A stretch of DNA of 47,725 nt, the filler included, from Catajapyx aquilonaris (Eukaryota), in assembly GCA_000934665.2 (NCBI GenBank). It is 2 parts of 2 records of this genome, joined end to end, with 100 filler letters (N's around TTAATTAATTAA, not from the genome) between each part and the next. Parts side by side here need not be neighbours in the genome. Positions count along the whole stretch, not along the records: positions 1 to 23,855 come from JYFJ02005615.1; positions 23,956 to 47,725 come from JYFJ02005616.1. One strand, written 5' to 3'. Each line of letters begins with the position of its first letter. Position 1 is the first letter of the stretch. A program made the position numbers and the translations under genes. Below, piece by piece: positions 22,370 to 33,700 of this stretch. The notes below the pieces were generated by a model, which was not told where the DNA came from, did not search any database, and saw nothing but the letters and a program-made list of their open reading frames with translations.

Positions 22370-23355
22370 TGCAATCCCACCTAACAGTACTTGACACAAC
22401 TTATTTTGTATTGGCAAGGTAGCTAGGTGTAAAAAGATGTTGAATATATTTTTATTTGATCAAATTAGGTTAACAAAGGTAATGGCGCGCAATGCGTACA
22501 TTTCAATAATACACGATTGTAACTAATAATTATTTAATAAGAACGGATTATTACTTTCCTTTTGATGAAACATATGGCAAGAATAATATACAAGGTCTTT
22601 ATTGTAGTATATGCTATGAAGGAAAATAGTTGGACACGTGTCGTATGGACTTCCGGATCATAGATATTAAAGGTACGAATGAGTTAGAGTTCCAACAATG
22701 GTGATGTTGCTTCCAATGGACCGAAAGACCTGAACACGTCTTCACTTGCGACATTTTGTGTCGTTGAGACACTTTATCTTTGCTTCACGTGAGCGTGCTT
22801 CGCGAACTATCCCTTGGGAGACTTACCACACCCTTTATTGAGTGGAATATTGGAGTGAGGAAAATCGTTAACCAGGTTTATTGTCTGCTGCTGTATCATT
22901 CACTAGCTCTCGTTTTATTAGCTTTAACATAAAGGTGCAACGTTACATTTGTGTTTCCTCTCTCGTTCACACTTCCAGCACACTTGGTCAGAAGAATAAC
23001 ATTCCCCAAAATCTCTGCAAACAGTGGTTAATTTTACAACAAAATACGCAATATGATTGAAAACCATGCAATGTCTCAGTTTTATAATCAGTGTGATTAT
23101 TTTTTTCCTTTGACCATACAACGTCGGATATCTGACATGATTTTTTGTCGTTATTCTTTTGCATGATATCAATAGTGAGGTGACAGAGATAACATAATAG
23201 TTCGTGCATATTATATTTCACCACGGAATAAATTACTAACATTGCCAGGCCTTCCTTCATATTACGCGAAATATGGCGTCACATTACAGTATCAAACCTG
23301 AAGTATGCATTTTATATCGGATGGTGCACAGACAAGATTGAGACCTCCAGATAAA
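22370..23355. repeat. Duplicated GR-cluster spacer (paralog of ~8170-9440 and of 135-288 + 4880-4960)
   Basis: Shared blocks such as GGTTAACAAA..CGCAATGCGTA, GAGACTTACCACACCCTTTATTGAGTGGAAT, ATCTGACATGATT and ACATAATAGTTCGTGCATA, in the same order. Confidence 0.85.
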
Positions 23356-23485
23356 ATGCCCAGCAGTTTTTCCTACCTTATTTCGACGTGACCCTAAGGA
23401 CAACCTTTTCTGGACCTCTGGTTACTCGTATGACCCATCCCAAATTTTAAATAAAAAATTTTAATTACCAAAATGTTCAACCAGG

Positions 23486-23642
23486 TATCGTGCGGAAAAC
23501 TAAACAACGATCTGACGTCAAGGTTTCCATGGAAATACCCTCACAGAAGACAGAACAATATGAGTAAACAGTGTCAACAAAAAAAAAAGCAACAATGTAA
23601 GAAACGATGACGTCAGATCGTCGTTTGGTTTTCCGCACTATA
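23486..23642. mobile_element. MITE-like element, 42-bp imperfect terminal inverted repeats
   Basis: TATCGTGCGGAAAACTAAACAACGATCTGACGTCAAGGTTTC (23486-23527) vs the reverse complement of 23601-23642 shows 5 mismatches. TA at both ends; non-coding interior. Confidence 0.65.
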
Positions 23643-23855
23643 CAATGCTACGTAGATTTCATGTGAATTTTCTCCCTAAAATTTTCCCACTTTGACTCTT
23701 GTTTTTTTCTTATATCTTTTTTACCTTATTTTGATTCCCCTTTCCCAGCCGACCCAAGGGGTTGGGAGTCACAGGATAAACATTTCGCCCATATGCCATA
23801 TGCCATTCTCTATGAGTGGCAGGCTACTGATACATAAGAACTTCGAGTTTCATCC

Positions 23856-23955
23856 NNNNNNNNNNNNNNNNNNNNNNNNNNNNNNNNNNNNNNNNNNNNT
23901 TAATTAATTAANNNNNNNNNNNNNNNNNNNNNNNNNNNNNNNNNNNNNNNNNNNN
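23856..23955. other. Artificial scaffold gap/linker
   Basis: 44 N + TTAATTAATTAA + 44 N = exactly 100 bp. The core is palindromic with stop codons in all six frames. Confidence 0.95.
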
Positions 23956-26900
23956 TAATTAGACTGGACATGACATGGCTTGCTATATCCTATCCCAGCT
24001 ATCCCAGAAAAAAATATTTTTCATCATGCCTGTGGCCTTTACGTGATGAGCTAATTTAGTCAGAACTGCCCATTTAGGTTGCGGAATAGAAGCAACCCTG
24101 AGCTGTTCATACACTTAGCAATCATTTTTCTGTGCAGTCCAGCAGGAAGAACCGCATTATTTAGGAAGCAAATGTAGGCAGGAAAAGGAAGTCAGAAAAA
24201 GGACAAGCGACGATGACCTTCTGACTTTGGTAGTCTGCGCATATAATACTGTAGCATTTGTATAAGGGGGATTGACCTGGGAGGTACTGACACATTGTGA
24301 AATCCTATACTGTCCTCTACATGTGGGTCAGGGGGTGCTGGTATAAATAAATGGTAACCTCCAATACACTCAAAAGAGCATGATTTATTTATACATTTTT
24401 TTATTGATGATCCTGTGACACATGTACAAGTTGGAAATGTAACGTGAATGTGTAACAGTAAGACATGTAATAATCAGAGTGCAACAATCTACAGTACATT
24501 GTATGAGGGTTAATTAAGAGAAGGGGAGGTTAATTTTAACATACAGAGTAACGCAATGAAAAATATTTAATCACAAAATGTGCGGAACAAAACTTTGCAC
24601 TGACTAGTAAGGTTCAGTACAGCAACCTTTTTTCAAAAAATAATGGTCATAAATAATTTAATCCCTGATTTACAACTAGTTTACATAAAAATGTACTGTA
24701 CCAATATCAAAGCTGTGGACGTCGGGTCACACAAATTTGTAAATGCAGCAAATCATGGCCTCATTTCCATCGCAATTCAAATTATAACGTGCTTTTGAAT
24801 CCAGCAGCAAATACTTTGATCTTTTAATGAACAGAGGAAGTGCATGCTCTTGCTCTCTGCATTGCATATATTAGAAAACTTGCCTTCCTCGTCAACCTTC
24901 CCTACTAATGAAAAGCCCTTATCGTATTATCAGCAATCATTTTGGCATAATAATCCCATACTGCATTTTGTGGCAGTGTTGCCTTATTTGGTCGCAAGTA
25001 CAGTTCTCTATTTTGGCAATGCTGCATTTACAAGTGACCAGCAATGCACCCACCAGCAGGAAGACTAGTAGAATGAAAAATCAGCGTAACACTATCTAGG
25101 AACATATCAGGTAGTCTCCACATTAGTGACACAAGTTGTTTGACAAAGAGAATGGGGGGAATGGGAGAGTAATGCACGACCCATGGGGGGAAGGCAATGG
25201 AAGAGCACCAAGTGAGTCAAAATGCATTGGGAAATAGAAGGCCACTAGTTGTCCAGGTCGTAATGTCAATGACAACTGTCTGATACAGAAGAAGTGGTGA
25301 AGAAACCGGCTAAAAACACATAAACGATTTCCCTTGTCCCACAGTTTGGAGACTTTTATTCCAACAAACAATGCCATGTAAGAATGACTCAGAGAAGTGA
25401 CAAAAATTCCAGTCACTTTCAACAAAATTGAGCATTTAAATTACACATCCAGATGTGAACCACTGTTATCTTCCACAGTAATCAAGGCACCGACCAAGTT
25501 GGATTGTAAACTTTACGACTCCTCTGTATAGAAAAGTGAACGTGAGTATTATTAACATCCACACAATGACAACATCAATATGGAAACGACGAGTACCTGT
25601 TCACCTAATTGCCGAAACGTCAGTCTACAACCACACTACCACACTACGGAGTTGACTCATGCGGAGGTCTGCAGCACAAAATAACCAAGGTCTGTTAGAG
25701 ACACCTGAGTGCTTTTGAATGTGCAACATTCTTATTATTGCACGTTAGAAACATTTGCTGACTTTTGAAACCATAAGTCGCCTTGCCAATTTACTCAATG
25801 CTGTTTCTGATTAGACCTACTGTACATACTTTTTCTGACAAAGTAACAATTCATGCTAGTCTGTAATGACCTTGATCATTATATGCCTCAGTACTCCAGC
25901 ATAATTATTGGGAGTGCATATGTTGTACATAGTGATGGATAATCACCAACATACCATAAGTTTTTTTGGAGTGTTCAGTGCTATGTGAGAACTAGCTGAG
26001 CGGATTTGCAATAGATAATGACTATGTTATTATACCACGCAGAGCAACAGCTAATGACAGCGGAAGGTACAGCTTGTAGAGTGCATCCCTAAAATTTCAT
26101 GCATTGCTTGTAGTTGAGGACATTATTTACCTCGAATTACAACTAAGTATTGCACAGGCTTGCATTTCTGCCTGGATTTTCAGTTTTTTGTTTTATAGCA
26201 GTTACGTCCTACACCTATATAATTCATGAATATTGCTCTATGTAAGAGTATTAGGAAGTGTAAAGTGGGTCGAAAAATTTGTAATGACCGCAAGTGTTTT
26301 TTTGAAGATTGCTGGAGGAACATCAACTTTCAGTTCCAATCAGTTTTTCAGGGAGAATCAGGAATGTTTGGAACTTGGTCCCCGTAGGCTAATGTTAACC
26401 GGACACAAGGTAACCGAATACATTTACCTCATTGACAGTGAACTACAAAGAGTGTTTGAGCATTACAACATAAATAGACAAATAAACAAGTTCCACTCAA
26501 AAACTGGAATACTGTTTGTTATATATTATCACAGACTTGTGTTTTTGGCCTGTCAACTGCCACATTGCAATCATGACGCCCTGCATATCCTACGTTCCGC
26601 GTTTCCAAAAGAGCAGTCCAAATATGCAAGCAACACTGACAAGTTTGAAAAAATACTTCTTCTGGAATGTACCGTGCAGCTCATCCAAACACTCGTAGAA
26701 AGAAGTCGGATCAAAAAATAACGGTTGTTCCATCTCAAATGGGCATCAGAATCAGCCTTCTCGAGTCGTGCAGTCCTTGACAGAAAGAACCACTCAGTGC
26801 ATTATAATCAAAAGTACAGTACCGGTACCTTTCTCACTTAACTTGCTTGGTCTCCGAATAAATAAATAAAGACTTAATCAATGGAGAGATAACTCGAGTA

Positions 26901-27267
26901 GGGAAGAGAGATCACTTGTGACTAGTTATATACTTGCAGCAACCGAACTGGGTTGATGCAATCTCGACAGGTCGAAGAGTTACCTGCATGAACCTGACGA
27001 TAAACCATTCTCAAATCCAGCATGTGCAAGGGTTTTAAGAAATTGCTGCAATTCTAGCTTGTGACCTTAGGTCAGAATTTTCGTGTCTTCTGACAGGAAC
27101 TAATCTCACCAGGTACAGTCTTGCTTGAACTACTCTCTCACACTTTTTGGCACATTGTTTCACTGGAAGGTATACTGACTACATGTTAGTACTACTGTCT
27201 CTACCCACGGAAGCAAAGGTAGAGATTGACTCGCTCAAACGGTGGTCACCTTTTCAATCAGAATTCC

Positions 27268-27702
27268 TCATGACACTTCCTCCTGCTCCTCTCCTATCAT
27301 TTTGTCCTTCATCTTGTAACTTTCCCCATCCACATTGCCTTGCGGCAAGTGCCTGAGCTTCCTGATGGCCTGCTGGATCCTCTTGATGTGCCCCACTTTG
27401 GTCACCCCTAAGTCTTTCAAATCTCGTCTCTCTAAACTCAGCAGCTCAGCCCCGTGAATATCGTGTCTGGAAAAAGCCTCGGCATATTCCAGCAGCTGAA
27501 TGCTGTCCAGCCAGGCGCAGACTTCCAGAGGACCCCAACTGCAAACCTCCTCTTTGGTGGAGACAGCCAGAGGGTCGTCGCCATTTTGTTGGTGACTGGG
27601 CTGTGGGGACGACGAGGTTGATGACGACGACACTGATTCGGCCCCTTTCAGGAAGCGGAGTTTGAAAATACCGCCTCCTTTGTGGGACCACCACCGACGA
27701 TC
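27268..27702 (-). CDS. DGKH: DGK terminal exon encoding the SAM domain
   Basis: [58 protein letters not shown] is a type II DGK SAM sequence. Phase-0 acceptor TTTTCTTGCAACAAAG at 27703. Confidence 0.92.
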   Translation of the reverse strand, partial: DRRWWSHKGGGIFKLRFLKGAESVSSSSTSSSPQPSHQQNGDDPLAVSTKEEVCSWGPLEVCAWLDSIQLLEYAEAFSRHDIHGAELLSLERRDLKDLGVTKVGHIKRIQQAIRKLRHLPQGNVDGESYKMKDKMIGEEQEEVS

Positions 27703-30700
27703 CTTTGTTGCAAGAAAAGGGCAAGAAGAAACGTTAGACGTTAGACCAACTTTCTCAGAGTGTTCCATACTATTCAGGAGGCTCTGCTTATAACAAACTT
27801 CCATGCACCATCAAAAGCTAAAAAGACACTCGCATAATTTTCAGGATGCGCTCGCAAATGTTCTCAATCACCTGGAAGCTTATCATCGGTAAAGTGTAGT
27901 GGGAAAACTCAATTTGCAATCCCATGAATATGCCAGATTATGAATATTAGGTCAAACCACTACGCTCTTGGGAAGTAACAGGGGAATGTATACAGCGATT
28001 GGCTGTCTCACTGTCACTTCCGACAATTTTGGCTGAAAGGTGACACAATTTGTGAGCGCTCCTCTATGCAGAACGAAAATGGTACGTTCAAGTTTGTCAT
28101 AAGTGGAACCTACTGTCGTGTGATGTCATGACTAACTTGCACAAATTATTCCTGTAAGCAAAACGCAAGTTAGACCTGCCCATGTCTGAGTTTGGAAGCA
28201 CAGTCTACATGTATTTATGTCAAAACAAGGTGGTTTCAAGATCAGCCGGAAGTCATGCAGCTTTCATTTCTTCGCTATCACCTATCCGTTTTAATCTTGC
28301 CTAGAAAGTGTCTCAGTGACAATCTTGAAACCTAGAGAGATGCAAAGAGCCTACTACCAATACCAAGCTATCAATATAAAATTTTACGATCCTTACGTAG
28401 GTGAAACAGTAAATTAGCAAATTATGTTCTACGTCTAATGATAGCTTGGTTCTGATAGTGGCATCTTCAGGAGATAGTGTATGTTGCAATGTCACAGGGT
28501 AGAAGAACAGCTCTGCATATGAACCACAAAACTTTTTTTTTTTGTCATGTGGGAAAAGTGAGATGGATGAAAACATAAGAGAGAGGGACAGACATTTCCA
28601 ACAGTGCAGGCTTGCTACTGACGCCAATCTGAATTATGTGTTTTTTTTACTCACATGACAACCGTTCTTGTAGCTGTGAAGAGAACATTGGGAAGTTCAG
28701 TGTGGCTGTGCATCTGAATGTTTGTATGTCACGTGTGGAGAGAGACAGAGAAAAAAGAAAGAAAAAAGAGAAGCTGTGCCACTCTCTAGCGTATTTCCTC
28801 GATAAAGCCACCACATTAAAAGCATATCATGTGTGCATCTCGCAAGCTGACAGGTGTGACTGAACTCACCTGATCATGATCAGATATAAGGAAGTGAACA
28901 ACTCCGGTGGTGTCGCTGCATCTCCGCAGTTCATGTTGCGTGTGGGCTAGGGCAGTGCTCAACTTGGTTTCCAGATCCAGTCGAAGAGACTGAAACAATG
29001 TGCAATGTTACTATCCTGCCAAACCTACCGATTTTGGCAAATTTTGGATTAGAAAAATGGATAACTTACAGCGGGCTTTTCTTGGAGAAAGGCGACTGCT
29101 GCTGAATTCAAACTTCTGGTACTGGTCACCAGGTCAGTCACCTTTTGCCGCAAATGTGACTGAAATGGTACGTCAGTGGGTAACATTGCCTGCCTCGGTA
29201 GCTAAAATGAACTCACCCCTTCGATTATCCTACCCTCTGGATGGACTCTTTCAAGCAGGCTTGCAGTATGAGAAGCTAATCTGTACAACTCAGAAGAAGG
29301 AGCATCTTCACTGATGGCTATCAACTTCACAAATCTGGTGATTTAAAAAACATTCATTACAACAGTGCTTTTAACAGGTAACTCTCGTCACTCTTACTTG
29401 ACTAGTCCGCTAGTGGCCTCAATAAATCTGAGCAGCATCTGCCTCTCCTCCTGGGTGAAAGGAGCACACACTATCTGGCGCTGCTTCTCTTCCCAGCTGC
29501 GGAGAGACTCTTCCAGAGCCCTGTTCCTACACATCATTTGCATCCTGTTCTTATGAACTATCTTTATTGTACCAGGAGGCTGCAACCAGGCTTCACCATC
29601 CACTTGAATTGGGAGGGACTCATCGCCTACAATAAAAAGTAGTGCAGAGTTAATGGCCAGTAATAAATAATTACATGTAGTGCCGATTGCATCATTCGTG
29701 CAACCAAATTTAGTTTTTGTGGTTAATAATATATATCACATGTTTAACAGGGTGGACTCTGCTTACCATGAATGGTTATCTGCACAGAAGAGCACTGTGC
29801 AATGCGGTGATGCTGGAGGTTAATAAGTCTGGATGCAGCCATCTGCACTGATCCAAACACGGCCACCACCTCAAGGATACGGTCGTCAACGGAGGGGGCT
29901 ACAAAGTACTCGTCTGCCTTCACCCCACCCCAGAAGTTGGTTCCCCCCATGAAGCTGGGTATGTTGAGAATCACTATCCCCTGCAGGCTGGGCAACGGAA
30001 TTCTTTGGCCATCACACTCCAGTTGCACCCTCTGCTCCAAGTTCTTGTAGGTCTTTTGCAGCCATTCCTTAGAGCCAAGTACTCCATACCACACGTAATT
30101 CCTAGTTCGTGATTTGCACTTCTCAGGATGCTCTTCCCGTCGTGTGTGGAAGTCCAGCGTGATCTTGGCATCGATGCCAATTCCAAAGTAGTTGTTCATA
30201 ACACAGCGCTCATCAAAATCATCCCTGCAAATAGAGGCAGACAAAGGGGTCAGTCTGGGATTCCAAGAATTCAATAAAAATCATCATCTTGTGAAGGAAC
30301 GTAGCTCACTTGGAAGGCACTGTGTGTGCAAAGTCCATAAGTGGAGACACAGCTGCACATAGTGCATCAGCATTGGCCAGCAGCACTTGGCTAATCAGTC
30401 CTCCACCTGTGACAGCTGATTAGAAGGACTCATTAAAACTTGGCCAGACATTAAGGTGGGCTACCAGCATGTATACTGACTTGGCCATGTAGGGTGGTGC
30501 ACCAGGGGGTTGATGATGGGGAGGTGTCTCCTCCTGGCCTCTTTCTCCTCCTCCGCCAGTTCGTCCTCTTTCTCCTCCCTCGCACGCCTTTCTCTCTCCT
30601 CGCCCCAGGCTCCAAAGAGACTCCCGCTTGATATTCGCCTGGTGCCTGCACTCCCACTCCATGCAGCTTCAGGATGAAGGTAGGTGACTGACTCCACTGT

Positions 30701-33700
30701 CGAAGATGGACTTGCTGGAATTGACAAGTGTGATAAATTGCATGCAATAAGTGAAAAGGATGAATTTTTATTAAAAGTCATAAACTACTGTACAATGAGC
30801 ATGTTAAGCCAGGTGTCATTGTGAACCTGTACAATATCAACATCAACGCAAACATAGGCAAGCAATTTTGTGGCAGCCTCAGAGGGTTTGTCACAATTTT
30901 TTGGCCATAAGTACAACTGAAATAATGCCTAATCTCACCATCGCTCTTTGCATCTGTGTCTGTCCCATCCTCAGCCCCTTCTACCATCCTCTCATCCATT
31001 GGATCATATGTTTCCATGTCTGGAGAAGGAGCACTCACAACCACATCAGGAGGTGGAGGTGGAGGAGGGACTAGCATTGGCAGAAGAGGTGACTGCGGCG
31101 AATCCTGAAGCAAGTCCATAATGTTCTTCACCTCGAACTGTGTTCCTTCTTCCTCCTCAGGCAGAATGTGGCATCCTATGAAATCGTATTCATCGTCATC
31201 ATCCAGTTCTGAGTCAGCAAACTGGTGTGGTGCTGGCAATGGAGCTGTTAATAACACGTCTAGGTCTTCACGCTGGGGGTCTGACACTGCAGGAGATGTG
31301 GTCTGCAGACGATCCCACAACATCCTCAGGCGCTCCACATCATCATCTACGTCATGCACTAGGGAGGACAGCGATGGAGGAAGAGGGAAGGTGGTGGTGA
31401 GGGAGGGACGAGGAGACAGCATGGTGGGGGAAGGGGTAGGGGAGTGGTCTGGGAGTGGAGAGGCAGAAGCAGATTCAGACCTGGAGGAGGATGAACAGGA
31501 GAATCGTGAAGGACTGCTGGAACCAGAGACAAAGGCGGGAACTTGCAGGAGGCAAGGGGAATTGCCATCCCCATCTGGAGGTGATGACGGGCTCAAGGAG
31601 TAAGCTGGTTTAGCTGACAGTCTTTCAACGTAACCCTCCTCCACTTTCTCCAGGATTCGGTGGGCAGCTCTTTTCAGGCTGTTTGCCCTCACCATTAATG
31701 AATCAAGCTGGTCAGGATGAAGTTCCTGTAAGAGAGTTTGCAGCACTGTTACTCACATGTTGGTCCAGTATGCATACGTAAGTGAAGCAAGCTGTGGCAG
31801 AAATATTTATCTCCAAACAAATACATCTAATCATAAATACGTGTGCACCACTGTAAATGTATCAATTTAAAACATTTTAAAAGGCAGTATGGAAATCTTT
31901 GTTACATATACAACAGGCCCTCCTGTGGACAGTCTACTCAGGTGCAACATGAACTGGGAATTAATGAAATTGAAGTGGGATATTTATACCTTAATACGTT
32001 GATCTTCCTGGTAAGTCTTAAGGTTCTCTGCTTCCTTCTCCAGCTTTTCCAAAAGTCCTTTGTCCACTTCAGGTGGTCCTGGATCATCCAAAGGCTCCTC
32101 GGGCTTTTCAGTCCATAATTCTTCATGCTGGTCTTCAGAGACTGACTCGACCTCTGCCCTCTTTGCTTGCTGAGCTGCCATTGCCTCCTTATGAAGAGTT
32201 CCGAGAAGGGCCTCCAGCTTATCCTTCAGTATATGGCAATGTTCCTGCAGCGATGGCGTTGCATCATCATCTGCTCCGCCAGAAGTGGCAATCATTCCTT
32301 GCACAGCATTGGCAAGCATCCTGAGAACACAAATCACAGCGGTAACGTATGTGACAAAACTGTACTTATTATTAATATGAACAAGTTTGTAATTCTAGTT
32401 CATTCCCTCTTACGATTTAAACAAATTAAAACAAACTCTTAGCCACTGATGAGTATACAGCATACTGGATAAATTTGGATGACATGCCAACTTACTTTGC
32501 TTCAGCAAGGACTTCTGAGAACCTATCTGCTGCCAGTATCTTGGTGAGATGATCTCCTAGTAGATCCTCAATTGCTGCTAGGCTTTTCCGCCTTTCCCTT
32601 TCTCCACTTTCTTTCTCATCCAAATCCTTTTCTTCTTCATTATCAATGCCGTCCTCATTATCCCTGTTGTTGCGAGTCACAGAATTCTCTGTGTGTACAC
32701 CCCGCTCAAATGTCAGCACACTCCACCTACACAAGTCAGCGATATACAATAATTTGCACTGTAAGGAAACCTTCATTTCATTAGTACCTGTCGAGCATTT
32801 TTGTAGTGGCCCTTTCGTATCTCTCCAGAAGGACTGTAAGGTGAGCATCATCGTCGCATACCGATCCCCATCCCAGGACGCGAGCCAAGTCATTTCCAGT
32901 GCCCAAGGGCACTACCCCTACTTGCACATGCTTCTGAAAGTACAGGCACAAGAGAGCACGAATAAAACAGAAAGCCATAAGGTCCCTTTGATCTCTTATG
33001 GAATTCATCATCATCAAAATATCAAGAGGCAGCAGACGACAGGTGCAGTTGAATTGGACAGAGACAATTCCCAAGGTAAGAACTTTTCAAGAATGTGAAT
33101 ATTTTCTTAGCAGTTCAAGTGACCAAAAAGAAGAGCCACAGTGCAAAAGCGAGGCAAGTGTGTTTTGTGCCTGATGACAATGATTTCCTCTGGTATTCAA
33201 AGTTACTTTTACTTTGGAGCAAATAATTAAATAATAATTAAATAATAAAAAGTCATCCATTTACAAATTCAGTGCTGTGGCATTATGATCTAGTAGTGCA
33301 ATTACAGGTATGTTTCAATAGATCCTTTGCAAATAACTGCACTTTAGTGCCTTATAAGATTACAAAACTGCTTAAGAGAACCACCAAATACCAATAATGG
33401 TTTTTTACCTGTAGATCCAAGCGGTCAATTTCAGACAGGACCCATCCTACTGAACCATCTCCACCACACACAAGCACCCTGAAGGGCTCAAAGTGTCGGA
33501 AGAGACGCAACCTGCAGAGAAAGGGTCACGCATGTAAAACTGGCAAAAAGTCCAAGGTGTAGGTTTTGGAAAACACAAAGGCAGCTCACCCTACTCCAGG
33601 GCCAGAGCCCATGACATCAAATACTTGTGCTGGGTTGAGCAATTGTCGAAACCGCCGGAGAAACTTGACTCCCTGGTTGTCACCGGATTTGGCATTGACA

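Noticed and set aside
6100..23355. Regularly recurring conserved blocks that might resemble a CRISPR-like or satellite array
   Set aside because: Units are kilobase-scale gene duplications in a spliced eukaryotic context, with no short repeat-spacer periodicity.
23900..23911. TTAATTAATTAA palindrome
   Set aside because: Synthetic six-frame-stop linker centred in the N gap.
26233..26721. 162-aa plus-strand ORF
   Set aside because: Non-ATG start, no recognisable domain or splice structure; lies in the probable DGK 3' region.
31121..31603. 160-aa Ser/Gly/Glu-rich plus-strand ORF
   Set aside because: Antisense of the low-complexity DGK exon.
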